Shown: positions 1 through 9,934, counted from the stretch's first letter. The stretch: 64,000 bases of DNA from Candidatus Krumholzibacteriia bacterium (GCA_041484665.1 JBGPIA010000003.1:32001-96000), one strand, 5' to 3'. The notes: generated by a model from the sequence alone, not told the origin. Program-made: numbers and translations.

Positions 1-767
1 CCCAGCGCGCCGGGCATATCGTCGGAGACATCGTGCCAGCCCACCACGCGCAACGCGAGGTTTGCAGGGAAGCCAGCGCCTGCCGCGTCGCGCCAGTCGT
101 CGGGGTCGCCGGCCGCGGCGGGCGGTAGGTCGGTGTTGTCGAAGTCGGGGTCGCCCAGGTCGTCGTGGGCCGTGTCGCAGCCGCTGTCGAGGATGGCGAT
201 GGAGCTTCCAGGATCTCCACGCAGGTTAAGAGTCTGCCACACGTAGGGGCGCACGCCCACCAGCGCAGTGGTGCGAATGAGGCACGGCGTCCCGCCCGCG
301 TCGCGGCGCAGCTCGCCCAGCGCCGTCCAGGCCTGTTCCACGGCGCCCACGCTCTCGGCGGGAGCCTCCAGCACCCACAGGTCGCCAAAGCGCGCCAGCC
401 GCGCCACCAGGGCCGCGCCGGCCGCGCCGAGGTGGGTCTGCGCCGCCACCGGGTCGTCCGGGCGCAGCACCCAGCGCGCGCGCAGCGACGTGTCGCCGTC
501 GACCGCGCCCATCCAGCCGCCCGGATCCGCGGTTCCCTCGGGCGTCGCGGGCAACGCGGTGGCGCGGCCGGGGGCGGCGGGCAGCTGGGCCGCGAGCATC
601 ACCAACAGGACGACCGCTGGCGCCACGAACCGCCGCGCGGGAGGCCTCCGTCCCTGCCACGCGGCCGCTGCACCCGCCGGCAGACAGCACGCGGGATCCT
701 CCGCCGCGGGGGTGGGCGACGGCACGGAACGCCGGAGATTCGGTGATGGGGTGGTTGTGGGGCTCAC
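1..767 (-). CDS. S8 (subtilase) family serine peptidase, N-terminal part; runs off the window edge
   Basis: Not in the ORF track. The minus frame reads ...RRFVAPAVVLLVMLAAQLPAA (signal-like)...VWQTLNLRGDPGSSIAILDSGCDTAHDDLG, matching the subtilase catalytic-Asp motif (IAILDSG-x-D-x-x-H-x-DL). Upstream in-frame stop at 843-845; start (GTG 767) is uncertain. Confidence 0.75.
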   Translation of the reverse strand, partial: MSPTTTPSPNLRRSVPSPTPAAEDPACCLPAGAAAAWQGRRPPARRFVAPAVVLLVMLAAQLPAAPGRATALPATPEGTADPGGWMGAVDGDTSLRARWVLRPDDPVAAQTHLGAAGAALVARLARFGDLWVLEAPAESVGAVEQAWTALGELRRDAGGTPCLIRTTALVGVRPYVWQTLNLRGDPGSSIAILDSGCDTAHDDLGDPDFDNTDLPPAAAGDPDDWRDAAGAGFPANLALRVVGWHDVSDDMPGAL

Positions 768-939
768 GGCACGCCAGGGCACGGGGAGCGGCCTGCGGAA
801 GGGCGCGGCGCGCTCGCGCCCGGCGCGTGCCGCGTCAGCAAGTTAGGGACGGGCGACCCCCGCGGTCAACGCGTCGCCGCCCCGACGCGAGCTGCCGCGC
901 CGGCCCGCGTCGGGGCGGGGCTGCGCGCCCCCCGGCACT

Positions 940-1365
940 TCAGCCGTCCAGCCGCACCGCGCGCAGGTGGCTCAAGGCCAGCGCATCGGCCTGCAGATCG
1001 ATCGTCACCACGTCGAAGCGGACGGTCCGCCCCGGCCAGCACAGGTCTTGGCGTCGCCTCAGGATACTCCGCGCGCACGCCCGCAGCCGGCGCCGCTTGT
1101 CGTGGCCGATGGATCCCGCGGCGCTGCTCCACGCCCCCGCCGAACGCAGACGCACCTCGACGAACACCAGCGCCGGCCCGTCGCGCGCCACGATATCCAC
1201 CTCGCCCGCCTCACCGCGCAGGTTGCGCCCGAGAACCTGCAGCCCGGAAAGCTGCAGGAAGGCGGCGGCGATCTCTTCCCCGAGTGCGCCGCGGCGGGGG
1301 GCGATGCCGCCGTGGCGCGGCGCGCGCGCAGCGGAGCCCGGCGTCCGCAGCGGATCGCTCTGCAT
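940..1365 (-). CDS. yraN: YraN/UPF0102 family PD-(D/E)xK nuclease
   Basis: G..GE..AA..L...G..V..RN.R...GEVDIVA.....LVFVEVR and RFDVV motifs; usual position after rnhB. Confidence 0.9.
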   Translation of the reverse strand: MQSDPLRTPGSAARAPRHGGIAPRRGALGEEIAAAFLQLSGLQVLGRNLRGEAGEVDIVARDGPALVFVEVRLRSAGAWSSAAGSIGHDKRRRLRACARSILRRRQDLCWPGRTVRFDVVTIDLQADALALSHLRAVRLDG

Positions 1366-1442
1366 CGTGGGCCTCTCGCGGGAGGCAGCCGATTCGTGGT
1401 GGAAGGCGGTACAGAGGCAGCGGAGGCGATGGAGCGCAGCGC

Positions 1443-2078
1443 TCAGAGCGCCAGCGGAAGCTGGGCGCAGACGGATCGGACCGGGGCGAAGGACCGGCGG
1501 TGCAACGGGCAAGCCCCGGCCCGTGCCAGCGCCTGCAGGTGGTGTGGCGTGGGGTAGCCCACGTTGGAGGCGAACCCGTAGACGGGATACCTGCGGTGCC
1601 AGGCGCGCATGAGACGGTCGCGGGCCACCTTGGCCAGGATGCTCGCAGCAGCGATCGCCTGGCTGCGCCCGTCCCCGCGCACGATGGCGATCCCCGGCGC
1701 GGGCAGGCCTTCGGGCAGGTAGGGGCCATCCACCAGCACGAGATCCGGCGGCACGCGCAAGCGCGCCACGGCGCGACGCATGCCCGAGAGGGTGGCACCC
1801 AGCACGTTGCGCGCGTCCACCTCGGATGCGGCAACTGCGACCGCCGCCCAGCAGACGGCAGCCGCGCGGATGACTCCGAACGCGGTCTCGCGCTGCCTAC
1901 GGGTGAGGCGCTTGGAGTCGTCGACCCCGGGCAGCCGCAGTCCTGCCGGCAGGATGACGGCGGCGACGACGACCGGGCCCGCCAGACACCCGCGGCCGAC
2001 CTCGTCGACGCCAGCCAGCCGGCACGCCCCACGCCGCGCCGCCACGCGCGCGTCGAAGCGAGCCAGGGCCGCGCTCAA
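1443..2078 (-). CDS. rnhB: ribonuclease HII
   Basis: [49 protein letters not shown] motifs; TTG start overlaps the rplS stop. Confidence 0.95.
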   Translation of the reverse strand: MSAALARFDARVAARRGACRLAGVDEVGRGCLAGPVVVAAVILPAGLRLPGVDDSKRLTRRQRETAFGVIRAAAVCWAAVAVAASEVDARNVLGATLSGMRRAVARLRVPPDLVLVDGPYLPEGLPAPGIAIVRGDGRSQAIAAASILAKVARDRLMRAWHRRYPVYGFASNVGYPTPHHLQALARAGACPLHRRSFAPVRSVCAQLPLAL

Positions 2079-2518
2079 GCCTTCCCGTCCTCCGCGGCGG
2101 GCTCCGGCGGCGCCGCATCGGTGCCGGATCCTGTGGCGATCGCGTCCGTCCCGGGCTCTCTGGCGACCGCCTCGGCCCCCTCCTGCTGCTGGATGCGGGC
2201 TCCCTTGCCCGAGCGGCCACGCAGGTAGTTCAGGCGCGCGCGGCGCACTCGCCCGCGGCGCGACACCTCGATGCTCACCACGTTGGGTGAGTGCAGGGGG
2301 AACACGCGCTCGACGGCGATCCCGGCGCTGATCTTGCGCACGGTGAACGACTCCTCGATCTGCCCTCCGCGGCGGTCGATGACCACCCCCTCGAAGAGCT
2401 GCGTGCGGGTCTTGTCCCCCTCGCGCACGCGCACCGCCACGCGCACGGTGTCGCCGACGTGGAAGTCGGGCACGTCCTTGCGCAGCTGCTGCTGCCGGAT
2501 CGAATCCATGATGTTCAT
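2075..2518 (-). CDS. rplS: 50S ribosomal protein L19 with acidic C-terminal tail
   Basis: [11 protein letters not shown]...[16 protein letters not shown]...[16 protein letters not shown]...RRARLNYLR. Confidence 0.98.
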   Translation of the reverse strand: MNIMDSIRQQQLRKDVPDFHVGDTVRVAVRVREGDKTRTQLFEGVVIDRRGGQIEESFTVRKISAGIAVERVFPLHSPNVVSIEVSRRGRVRRARLNYLRGRSGKGARIQQQEGAEAVAREPGTDAIATGSGTDAAPPEPAAEDGKA

Positions 2519-2524
2519 GGCTCT

Positions 2525-3235
2525 CTACCTCCTGCCTCTCTCTTCGTCGCTGCGCGGCTCCGCCAGCAGATCGGGCCGCCGCGCCTGCGTGCGGGCGCGG
2601 CTGCTCGCCTGGCGCCACCGCGCGATCGCTGCGTGGTCGCCCGACATCAGCGCCTCCGGCACGCGCAGCCCGCGGTACTCCGCAGGCCTGGTGTAGTAGG
2701 CCGCATCGAGCAGCCCTTCGCGCCCGGCGCTGAAGCTATCCGTCTCGGCGGACTCCGCGCTGCCTAGCACGCCGGGCAGCCTGCGGATCACCGCGTCGAC
2801 CACCACCAGCGCCGCCAGCTCCCCGCCCGAGAGCACGTAGTCGCCGATGGAGATCTCGTCCGTCACGACGAGCTCGCGAATCCGCTCGTCGATCCCCTTG
2901 TACCGCCCGCACACGAGCACCAGTTGCTCGTGCCGCGCGAGTTCGTCGGCGACGGGCTGGGAGAACACCCGCCCCGCGGGGCTCATCAGGATCACCGGCG
3001 CCCCCGGCAGGCGCACCGACTCCACTGCCTCCACCACGGGCGGCGCCTGCAGGATCATCCCGGCGCCCCCCCCGTAGGGCGCGTCATCGACGGTTCCGTG
3101 CCGGTCCACGGCGAAACGGCGCACGTCGGTGACCACCACCCGCACCCGGCCCGTCTCGACTGCGCGTCCGATCACTCCCGCCCCGAGCACCGCGCGGCAC
3201 ATCTCCGGCATCAGGGTCAGCAGGTCGATGCGCAC
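2525..3235 (-). CDS. trmD: tRNA (guanine-N1)-methyltransferase
   Basis: [43 protein letters not shown] motifs. Confidence 0.98.
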   Translation of the reverse strand: MRIDLLTLMPEMCRAVLGAGVIGRAVETGRVRVVVTDVRRFAVDRHGTVDDAPYGGGAGMILQAPPVVEAVESVRLPGAPVILMSPAGRVFSQPVADELARHEQLVLVCGRYKGIDERIRELVVTDEISIGDYVLSGGELAALVVVDAVIRRLPGVLGSAESAETDSFSAGREGLLDAAYYTRPAEYRGLRVPEALMSGDHAAIARWRQASSRARTQARRPDLLAEPRSDEERGRR

Positions 3236-3297
3236 GCGGCCTCCCTCCGGCCGTCGTTATCTCCCCGCCGGCAGCTTGCGGCCTTTGCCGCCGGACT

Positions 3298-3834
3298 TCA
3301 GATCGGATTGCCGCCGTCGAGCAGCCCCGGCAGCGGCTCGATCGTCAGCGTGCCTCCCCGCCGATCCAGCGTCCGCAGCACCGGCGGGATCACTGGAATC
3401 AGCACCTCGTCCCCTCCGGGCTGCCGCACGCTCAGCACCCAGTTCGCCGGCAACAGCAGGACATCGTCGACCACCCCGACCGTCTCGCCGGCCACCGTGC
3501 GTACCGTCAGCCCCAGGTACACGAACGGAAGCGGGTGCGCGGGCTTGGGGAAATCGTCGCGATCGTAGTCCTCCTCGAGGAAGCCCACCTGCTGTCCCAC
3601 CGCCGCGCGCGCCGCATCCACCGCGTCGATGCCGCGCAGTTTCAGCACCAGCGCGCGTCCCTGCCAGCGCCAGTGCTCCAGGCCGGCCGGTCCGACGCTG
3701 TCGCCCGGGCCACGGCGCCAGAGGAACCGCGAATCGAGCACCTCCTCGACCAGGTCGGCCAGGGGCGCCGCCTTGAGCTCTCCCCGCAGGCCCACCGGGC
3801 GTGTCAGTTCTGCCATGGCGATGAACACGGCCAA
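3298..3834 (-). CDS. rimM: 16S rRNA processing protein RimM
   Basis: RPVGLRGELK, LVLKLRGID, EVLIP motifs; rpsP-khpA-rimM-trmD synteny. Confidence 0.9.
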   Translation of the reverse strand: MAVFIAMAELTRPVGLRGELKAAPLADLVEEVLDSRFLWRRGPGDSVGPAGLEHWRWQGRALVLKLRGIDAVDAARAAVGQQVGFLEEDYDRDDFPKPAHPLPFVYLGLTVRTVAGETVGVVDDVLLLPANWVLSVRQPGGDEVLIPVIPPVLRTLDRRGGTLTIEPLPGLLDGGNPI

Positions 3835-3858
3835 GTCCCCGCCGCCCGGTCGCGGGCC

Positions 3859-4089
3859 TCAGTCCAGGATCTCGATCTCCACGCGCAAACCGCGCCGCAG
3901 TGCGATCCCCGAGACAAGCGTGCGCAACGCGTCCACGGTCGCCCCGGCCTTCCCGATCACGTGCCCCCGGTCGTCGGGATGCATGCGGAGCTGGTAGACC
4001 ACGCGCCGACCCGTCTCGCGCTCCTCCACCTCGACGTCCTCGGGATGGTCCACGATCCCGCGCACGATGGTGCCGATCAGCCCCTTCAC
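3859..4089 (-). CDS. khpA: KH-domain RNA-binding protein
   Basis: IVDHPEDV...DDRGHVIGKAG KH GxxG motif; 76 aa; synteny. Confidence 0.93.
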   Translation of the reverse strand: MKGLIGTIVRGIVDHPEDVEVEERETGRRVVYQLRMHPDDRGHVIGKAGATVDALRTLVSGIALRRGLRVEIEILD

Positions 4090-4568
4090 GCGCTCGCGCC
4101 CGCGTCCGGCGCCGCGGGAGCCTCGTCCGCGGGGGGAGCGGCCTCCGCCTGCGCCTTCTTGCGCGCCGCGGCAGCGGCGGCCGCGACGGCCCGAGCCTTC
4201 TCATCGGCCTTGCGCCGCTTCTCCACGCGCACCACCTCGAACTTCTTGCGGCGTGCCGAGCGGAAGGCCTCGACCTGGCCGTCGATCTCCTCGGTGGGCA
4301 CGCCCTGCTTCTCGAGGTGCCAGCGCAGGAGCACGCCCTCGTTGCGCAGCAGGCTGCGCGCCGTGTCGCTGAGGCCGGCGCCGAGCTTCAGCCACGCAAT
4401 GGTCCCACCCGCGTCGATCTTACACTCGTACGGATCGGCGAATGGGTTGTAATAGCCCAGCTGCTCGGTAGCCGCCCCGTCACGGCGGTTGCGGGAATCG
4501 ACCACGATCAGGCGGTAGAACGGTCGCTTCTTCTTGCCCAGGCGCGTCAGACGGATCGTCGTTGCCAT
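4086..4568 (-). CDS. rpsP: 30S ribosomal protein S16, long form with C-terminal extension
   Basis: IRLTRLGKKKRPFYRLIVVDSRNRRDG...LGYYNP...GAGLSDT. Confidence 0.98.
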   Translation of the reverse strand: MATTIRLTRLGKKKRPFYRLIVVDSRNRRDGAATEQLGYYNPFADPYECKIDAGGTIAWLKLGAGLSDTARSLLRNEGVLLRWHLEKQGVPTEEIDGQVEAFRSARRKKFEVVRVEKRRKADEKARAVAAAAAAARKKAQAEAAPPADEAPAAPDAGASA

Positions 4569-4620
4569 CGCTTTCCTCCGTTACGGTTCGAGCGGCGGAC
4601 CCGCGCTCTCCAGCACGATC

Positions 4621-5970
4621 CTACATGCCGGCGAGGAAGCCCTTGCCGAGGCGGTCGATCGACCCTGCTTTCTTCAGGGCCCTCATCATCTTCTTCATGT
4701 CGCGGTACTGCTTCAGTACACGGTTCACGTCCGCGACGTCCGTGCCGCTCCCGCGCGCGATGCGCTTGCGCCGGCTGCCGTTGAGGATCTCCGGGCGGCG
4801 GCGCTCATCCTTGGTCATGGAGCGGATGATGGCCGTCACGCGATCGAGCTGCCGCTCGTCGATGGCGGCTCCTTTGAGCGCCTTGGCGTTCATGCCGGGC
4901 AACAGCCCCAGCACCTGCTTGAGTGGCCCCATCTTGCGCACCTGTTGGAGCTGCTCAAGCATGTCCTCGAAGGTGAACTCGGCGCGGCGCAGCTTGCGCT
5001 CGAGCTTCTGCGCCTGCTCCTCGTCGATTCCCTCCTGGGCCTTTTCGATCAGGGACATCATGTCGCCCATGCCCAGGATGCGCCCGGCCATCCGGTCGGG
5101 ATGGAAGGCGTCCAGGTCGGCGATCTTCTCGCCCACGCCCACCAGCTTGATGGGCTTGCCCGTCACCTGCACCAGCGACAGTGCCGCTCCCCCGCGCGCG
5201 TCGCCGTCGAGCTTGGTTAGCACCGAGCCCGTGATGCCGATGCGCTGGTCGAAGGTACGCGCGATGGACACGGCTTCCTGGCCGGTCATGGCATCGAGCA
5301 CCAGCAGCTTCTCCGCCGGCCGCAGCGCCGTGGTGAGGCGCGCGAGCTCTCCCATCAGCGGCTCGTCGATCTGCAGGCGGCCGGCCGTGTCCACGATCAG
5401 CACGTCGCACAGGCGGGCGCGCGCAGCGGCCAGGGCGTTCTGCGCCACCGCCACCACGTCGCCCTTGCCCGGCTCGGAGCGCTCCGCGTGGCAGGGCACC
5501 TGGGCCTGGGCGGCGAGCACCTCGAGCTGATCGATGGCGGCCGGGCGCTGCAGGTCGCAGGCCACCAGCATCGGGCGCCGGCCCTTGCCCTTGAGCTGCA
5601 GGGCGAGCTTGGCGCAGAACGTCGTCTTGCCGCTGCCCTGCAGCCCCATGACCAGGATGGTCGCCGGAGGCGTGCCACCGAGCGCCAGCGGCTCCAGATG
5701 ACCGCCCAACAGCTGCACCAGCTCGTCGTGGACGATCTTGACAACGTGCTGCTGGGGAGTGAGGCTGCGCAACACCTGCGAGTCGGGCGCGAGCGCCCGT
5801 TCCTTCACGCGGGCGACGAAGTCGCGAGCCACCGACACCTCGACGTCGGCCGCCAGCAACGCTCGGCGGATCTCCCGCAGCGCCTGCTCGAGGGACTCTG
5901 CACTGAGGCGTCCGCCGCCCTGCATGGCGCGGAACACCCCCGCAAGGCGCTCCTGCAGCTCCTGGAACAT
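4621..5970 (-). CDS. ffh: signal recognition particle protein
   Basis: GLQGSGKTT, DTAGR, TKLDGDARGG, RILGMGD, SRRKRIARGSG motifs. Confidence 0.99.
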   Translation of the reverse strand: MFQELQERLAGVFRAMQGGGRLSAESLEQALREIRRALLAADVEVSVARDFVARVKERALAPDSQVLRSLTPQQHVVKIVHDELVQLLGGHLEPLALGGTPPATILVMGLQGSGKTTFCAKLALQLKGKGRRPMLVACDLQRPAAIDQLEVLAAQAQVPCHAERSEPGKGDVVAVAQNALAAARARLCDVLIVDTAGRLQIDEPLMGELARLTTALRPAEKLLVLDAMTGQEAVSIARTFDQRIGITGSVLTKLDGDARGGAALSLVQVTGKPIKLVGVGEKIADLDAFHPDRMAGRILGMGDMMSLIEKAQEGIDEEQAQKLERKLRRAEFTFEDMLEQLQQVRKMGPLKQVLGLLPGMNAKALKGAAIDERQLDRVTAIIRSMTKDERRRPEILNGSRRKRIARGSGTDVADVNRVLKQYRDMKKMMRALKKAGSIDRLGKGFLAGM

Positions 5971-5982
5971 CCATCACCGTCC

Positions 5983-6009
5983 AAAAAAAGGCCCGGGCCG
6001 GCCCCGGGC
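5983..6009 (-). terminator. intrinsic-terminator-like hairpin just upstream of ffh
   Basis: Minus strand GCCCGGG-gccgg-CCCGGGC-C-TTTTTTT (7-bp stem plus U7). Confidence 0.6.
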
Positions 6010-6026
6010 GCAAACGCCGACCCGGG

Positions 6027-6055
6027 AGGATAGCAGACGGCTCGCCGTCTCGCAA
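6027..6055 (-). promoter_or_regulatory. sigma70-like promoter of the ffh operon
   Basis: TTGCGA-17 bp-TATCCT with TGn extension; the spacer contains the inverted repeat AGACGGC-N2-GCCGTCT. Confidence 0.55.
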
Positions 6056-6195
6056 CTTCCTGAGGGCCAAGGGCAAGCGCGGCGGACGGGCAGGCGCAGG
6101 GGCACCGGCTGCGGATCGCTCCGGGCCCCAGCGCGGGCGCCTCGCGTGACCTCTGCGCCACGCCCGAGCGCGCGGCGGCGCGGCAACGGCGCCGC

Positions 6196-6846
6196 TCAGC
6201 CGTCGCCGCGCAGGCTGGCGATGGTGGTCCGGTAGTCGGAGCTGCGGAACAAGGCCGAGCCACAGACCAGGATGTCCGCCCCTGCCGCGCGAGCCGGCGC
6301 CGCGGTCTGCGGGTCGATCCCGCCATCGATCTCCAGAGCGAACTCGAGCCCGTCCTCCTGCCGCCACTGCCGCAGGGTCGCCAGCTTGGACAGCACCGCG
6401 GGATCGAACCGCTGGCCGCCGTAGCCCGGCGGAACCGACATGACGAGGAAGAGATCGCACAGCGGCAGCAGGGGGCGCACGAGGCCGGTCAAGGGCGTCT
6501 GTGGGTTGATCACCAGTCCGCCGCGCACGCCGGCCGCGCGCAACGCGCGCAGCAGCCCGGCGTGATCGACCTCCACCTCGAGATGGAAGCTCACCGAAAC
6601 GCCTCCCGCCGCGGCGAAGCGTGGCGCGTAGCTGGCGGGGTCGGTGATCATCAAGTGACAGTCCAGCGGTAAGGCGCTGCCGCGGGCCACGGCCCGCGCC
6701 ACGTGGGGACCGTAGGTCAGGTTGTCCACGAAGTGGCCGTCCATCACGTCGAGGTGGATGAGGTCGGCGCCCGCGGTCTCGACCGCGCGCAGCTCATCAC
6801 CCAGGCGGAGCACGTCCGCCGAGAGGATCGACGGCGCGACGGCCAC
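6196..6846 (-). CDS. rpe: ribulose-phosphate 3-epimerase
   Basis: APSILSAD, IHLDVMDGHFVDNLT, DCHLM, MSV.PGYGGQ, EIDGGI; start approximate. Confidence 0.97.
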   Translation of the reverse strand: MAVAPSILSADVLRLGDELRAVETAGADLIHLDVMDGHFVDNLTYGPHVARAVARGSALPLDCHLMITDPASYAPRFAAAGGVSVSFHLEVEVDHAGLLRALRAAGVRGGLVINPQTPLTGLVRPLLPLCDLFLVMSVPPGYGGQRFDPAVLSKLATLRQWRQEDGLEFALEIDGGIDPQTAAPARAAGADILVCGSALFRSSDYRTTIASLRGDG

Positions 6847-6853
6847 GCCGCGC

Positions 6854-7579
6854 TCAGCCCGAGGACGCTGCCACCAGCTCAAGGCTGCCTCCCACCGGGA
6901 TCCGGCTGCCCGCCGCCGGCGATTGCTCCAGGATCGTGCCCGGCGCGGCGCCGCGCTCGCGGCGGTACGTCGCGCGGCGGATCTTGAAGCCGGCGCGCAG
7001 CAGCTCCTCCTGCACGGTCTGCAGGCTGCGCCCCACCAGCGAGGGCACCTTGAAATAGATAGGCGCGTGCCCTTCGCGCAGCAGCACGTCGACCCTGCTG
7101 CCGCGCGCTGCACGCGCACCCGCCCGCGGGTGCTGCGCCACCACGCCGAGCCTGCCCTGGGGATCGAAGCTGCGCGCCACACTCCCCAGGTTGAGCCCCT
7201 CGCGCACGAGTGTGATCTCGCACTGGCGCAGCGTCATGCCCGAGAGGTCGGGCGCCTGGGCCAGCGACTCGCCCTTGCTGACCACTGCACGCAGCGGCCT
7301 TCCCTTGCGCACGGAACGCAAGGCACGGGGTTGCTGCTCGAGCACGACGCCCGGCGGCGTGCCCTCGCGGTAAACCTCCTCGCGCACCTCGAAGAGCAGG
7401 CCCAGGCGCTCGACCTGAGCGCGGGCGTCGTCGACTTTGACGCCGGTGAGGTCGGGAACGAGCACCTCCTGCTGGCGGTGGATGATGTGGGGGAGGACCA
7501 GGTAGTTCGCCAGCGCCACCCCCAGGGCGAACGCCCCGGCCACCAGCAGCACGAGCGTCACCAGCCGCTTGAGCGTCAC
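6854..7579 (-). CDS. membrane-anchored protein with three PASTA domains
   Basis: N-terminal TM segment, then three VP(D/S)LxG...Q.P repeats (VPDLTG, APDLSG, VPSLVG); no kinase domain. Confidence 0.88.
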   Translation of the reverse strand: MTLKRLVTLVLLVAGAFALGVALANYLVLPHIIHRQQEVLVPDLTGVKVDDARAQVERLGLLFEVREEVYREGTPPGVVLEQQPRALRSVRKGRPLRAVVSKGESLAQAPDLSGMTLRQCEITLVREGLNLGSVARSFDPQGRLGVVAQHPRAGARAARGSRVDVLLREGHAPIYFKVPSLVGRSLQTVQEELLRAGFKIRRATYRRERGAAPGTILEQSPAAGSRIPVGGSLELVAASSG

Positions 7580-8952
7580 GGTGAGCCTCCCCGGCGCCGC
7601 AGCACCGCCGCGAACGACCCATCGGTCCCGTGGCGGTGCGGCCAGGTGCGCAGGCGCCCACCATCGACCACCGCCGAGGGGGCGAGCCCGTCGGCGCCCG
7701 TCTCCTCCACGTCGGAGCGCCGCGCCCGCAGCGCGTCCACCACGTCATCGTTCTCCTCCCGCTCCAACGAGCAGGTCGCGTACACGATCGTCCCCCCCGG
7801 GCGTGTCAGCTCGACGGCCGCCTCGAGCAGCGCCAGCTGCAAGCGCGGCAGCCGCAGCAGGTCCTCCGGCGTGCGTCGCCAGCGCGCTTCGTAGCGCCGG
7901 GAGAGCACGCCGGTCCCCGTGCACGGCGCGTCCACCAGCACGGCGTCATAGCCGCCGTGCAGCGGAGCCTGCCGGCCGTCGGCCGCCACCGCACAGATCG
8001 AGCGCGCCCCCATGCGGGCCGCGCCCGCGACCAGCCGGCGCAGCCGCCGCGGCGAGCGATCGAGGGCGACGATCAGGGCCGCGTCCGCCGTAAGCCCGGC
8101 CAGGTGCGTGCACTTGCCACCTGGAGCCGCGCAGAGGTCGAGGATCCGGTGCGGCTGCGCTGCGGTCAAGAGCGGCGCCACCAGCTGGGCCGCCTCGTCC
8201 TGGATGGCGGCGTCGCGCCCGGCCTGCTCCAGCGCCAGCGGTGCGGGTACGCGCGTCACGACCTCGAGCGCATCGGGACCCCACGGTAACAGCCGCGTTT
8301 CCCATTCGAGGGCGGCCAAGCGTCGGGCGACCTGCTCGCGCTTGGTGTGCGGGGCGCGCAGCGTGAGCGGCGCACGGTGGTTGTTCGTGTCGCACAGCGC
8401 CACCACCTCGGAGACCGGCAGCACGTGGGACCAGCGCTCCACGAGCCAGGCCGGATGGCTCAGCCAGAGGCGGGCGTGGCCCAGCGGATCGGCCTGCGGG
8501 TCGGGGAAGCCCGCGTGCACACCTTCGGAGGCGACCCTGCGCAGGAGCCCGTTGACGAAGCCCGCGGCGTGGGCCGCGCCCATCCGCCGCGCGCAGGCCA
8601 CCGCCTGGTCCACCACGGCGTAGGCCGGCGCGTCGTGCTCGCAGAGCTCGTGGAGGGCAACCCACAGGATCGCGCGCACTCTGGGCTGGATCTCGGCCGG
8701 GCGGCGTGCGTAGCGCTGCAGGATGGCGTCATAGCGCCCGCGCAGCCGCACGGCGCCGAACACCAGCTCGCGCACGCGGCGGCGGCGCACGTAGGGCCAG
8801 CGAGCAGGCGAGGCGCCCGGGCCCGCCTCGAAGCCCGCCACCAGCCCGCCGACCGGCGCTGCGGACAGGGCCCACCGCGCCAGTAAGTGGGCGGCCGCCA
8901 GACGCGCAGGATCGACCTCCGCGCGGCCCGAGCGTCCCGGTGCCCCACTCAA
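7576..8952 (-). CDS. rsmB: 16S rRNA m5C967 methyltransferase RsmB/Sun
   Basis: NusB-like N-terminus (FVNGLLRR), SHPAWLV, IQDEAAQL, LDLCAAPGGK, LVDAPCTGTG, YATCS; TTG start with GGAGG. Confidence 0.93.
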   Translation of the reverse strand: MSGAPGRSGRAEVDPARLAAAHLLARWALSAAPVGGLVAGFEAGPGASPARWPYVRRRRVRELVFGAVRLRGRYDAILQRYARRPAEIQPRVRAILWVALHELCEHDAPAYAVVDQAVACARRMGAAHAAGFVNGLLRRVASEGVHAGFPDPQADPLGHARLWLSHPAWLVERWSHVLPVSEVVALCDTNNHRAPLTLRAPHTKREQVARRLAALEWETRLLPWGPDALEVVTRVPAPLALEQAGRDAAIQDEAAQLVAPLLTAAQPHRILDLCAAPGGKCTHLAGLTADAALIVALDRSPRRLRRLVAGAARMGARSICAVAADGRQAPLHGGYDAVLVDAPCTGTGVLSRRYEARWRRTPEDLLRLPRLQLALLEAAVELTRPGGTIVYATCSLEREENDDVVDALRARRSDVEETGADGLAPSAVVDGGRLRTWPHRHGTDGSFAAVLRRRGGSP

Positions 8953-9923
8953 CGCCACCCCTCCGACGAAGGCGGGAGCGGCCGCAGCACATCGCCCGGT
9001 TGCAGGCCGTGGCCGCGCGCGTAGCTGGCCGGGTCCATCCAGCGTCCGCCCTCCGGCTGCACCTGACCGATGCGCACAGACCCATCGCCGCAAGCGACGT
9101 CCATGCCTGCGGCGTCCAGCTGCAACACGGTCCCCGGCGCTGCGTCTTGGCGCGACGGGGTGAGCGGTGCCCGCAGGCGGCGGGTGTGGGCCAGCCCCAG
9201 TCGGTGCACGCCGTGAAGCGCGGTGGCGCGCGGCCACGGATGCAGTGCGCGCACGGTGTCGTGCACGCGCTGTGCGCTCCAGGCGAAGTCGACGGTGCCC
9301 TCCGCCTTGCGCAGCGGCGGCGCATGCGTCACTCCCGCCTGGGACTGCGGCGTCGGCGCCAGGGTGCCCGCCGCCAGCCCCTCCAGCGTGCGGACCAACA
9401 GCAGCGCGCCCAGCGCGGCGAGCCGTTCGTTGAGCTCTCCCGCGGTCTCGTCCTCGCCGATGGGCGCTGGCTGCGCGAGGTAGATGGGACCGGTGTCCAG
9501 GCCGGCCTCCAGCCGCATGGTCGTCACGCCGGTGATGCGGTCCCCGGCCAGGATGGCGCGCTGGATCGGCGCGGCGCCGCGCCAGCGCGGCAGGAGCGAG
9601 GCGTGGACGTTCAGACAGCCCAGCGGCGGCGACGACAAGAGGGGCTCGCGCACCAGATGGCCGAACGCCACCACCACGACGCAGTCGGGCGCGAGCTCCA
9701 GGATGCGCTGATAGGTCGGCGTGCGGGCGCCGCGCTCCAGCATGGCGACGGGCAGGCCGCGCGCGGCGGCCAAGGCCTTCACCGGCGTGGGCGAGGGCTG
9801 CTGGCCCCGTCCGCGCGGTTTGTCCGGTTGGGTGACCACCAGCGCCAGTTCGTGTCCGGCTGCCAACAGCGCTCGCAGCGATGGGCAGGCGAACTCCGGA
9901 GTACCGAGCAACACCAGGCGCAC
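8949..9923 (-). CDS. fmt: methionyl-tRNA formyltransferase
   Basis: GTPEFA, VTQPDKPRGRG, NVHASLLPRWRGAAPIQ, GLDTG. Confidence 0.98.
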   Translation of the reverse strand: MRLVLLGTPEFACPSLRALLAAGHELALVVTQPDKPRGRGQQPSPTPVKALAAARGLPVAMLERGARTPTYQRILELAPDCVVVVAFGHLVREPLLSSPPLGCLNVHASLLPRWRGAAPIQRAILAGDRITGVTTMRLEAGLDTGPIYLAQPAPIGEDETAGELNERLAALGALLLVRTLEGLAAGTLAPTPQSQAGVTHAPPLRKAEGTVDFAWSAQRVHDTVRALHPWPRATALHGVHRLGLAHTRRLRAPLTPSRQDAAPGTVLQLDAAGMDVACGDGSVRIGQVQPEGGRWMDPASYARGHGLQPGDVLRPLPPSSEGWR

Positions 9924-9934
9924 GGAAGCGCCGC

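Noticed and set aside
5971..6195. SRP (4.5S) RNA next to ffh
   Set aside because: No domain IV consensus (CAGG...GNRA...AGCA) found on either strand.
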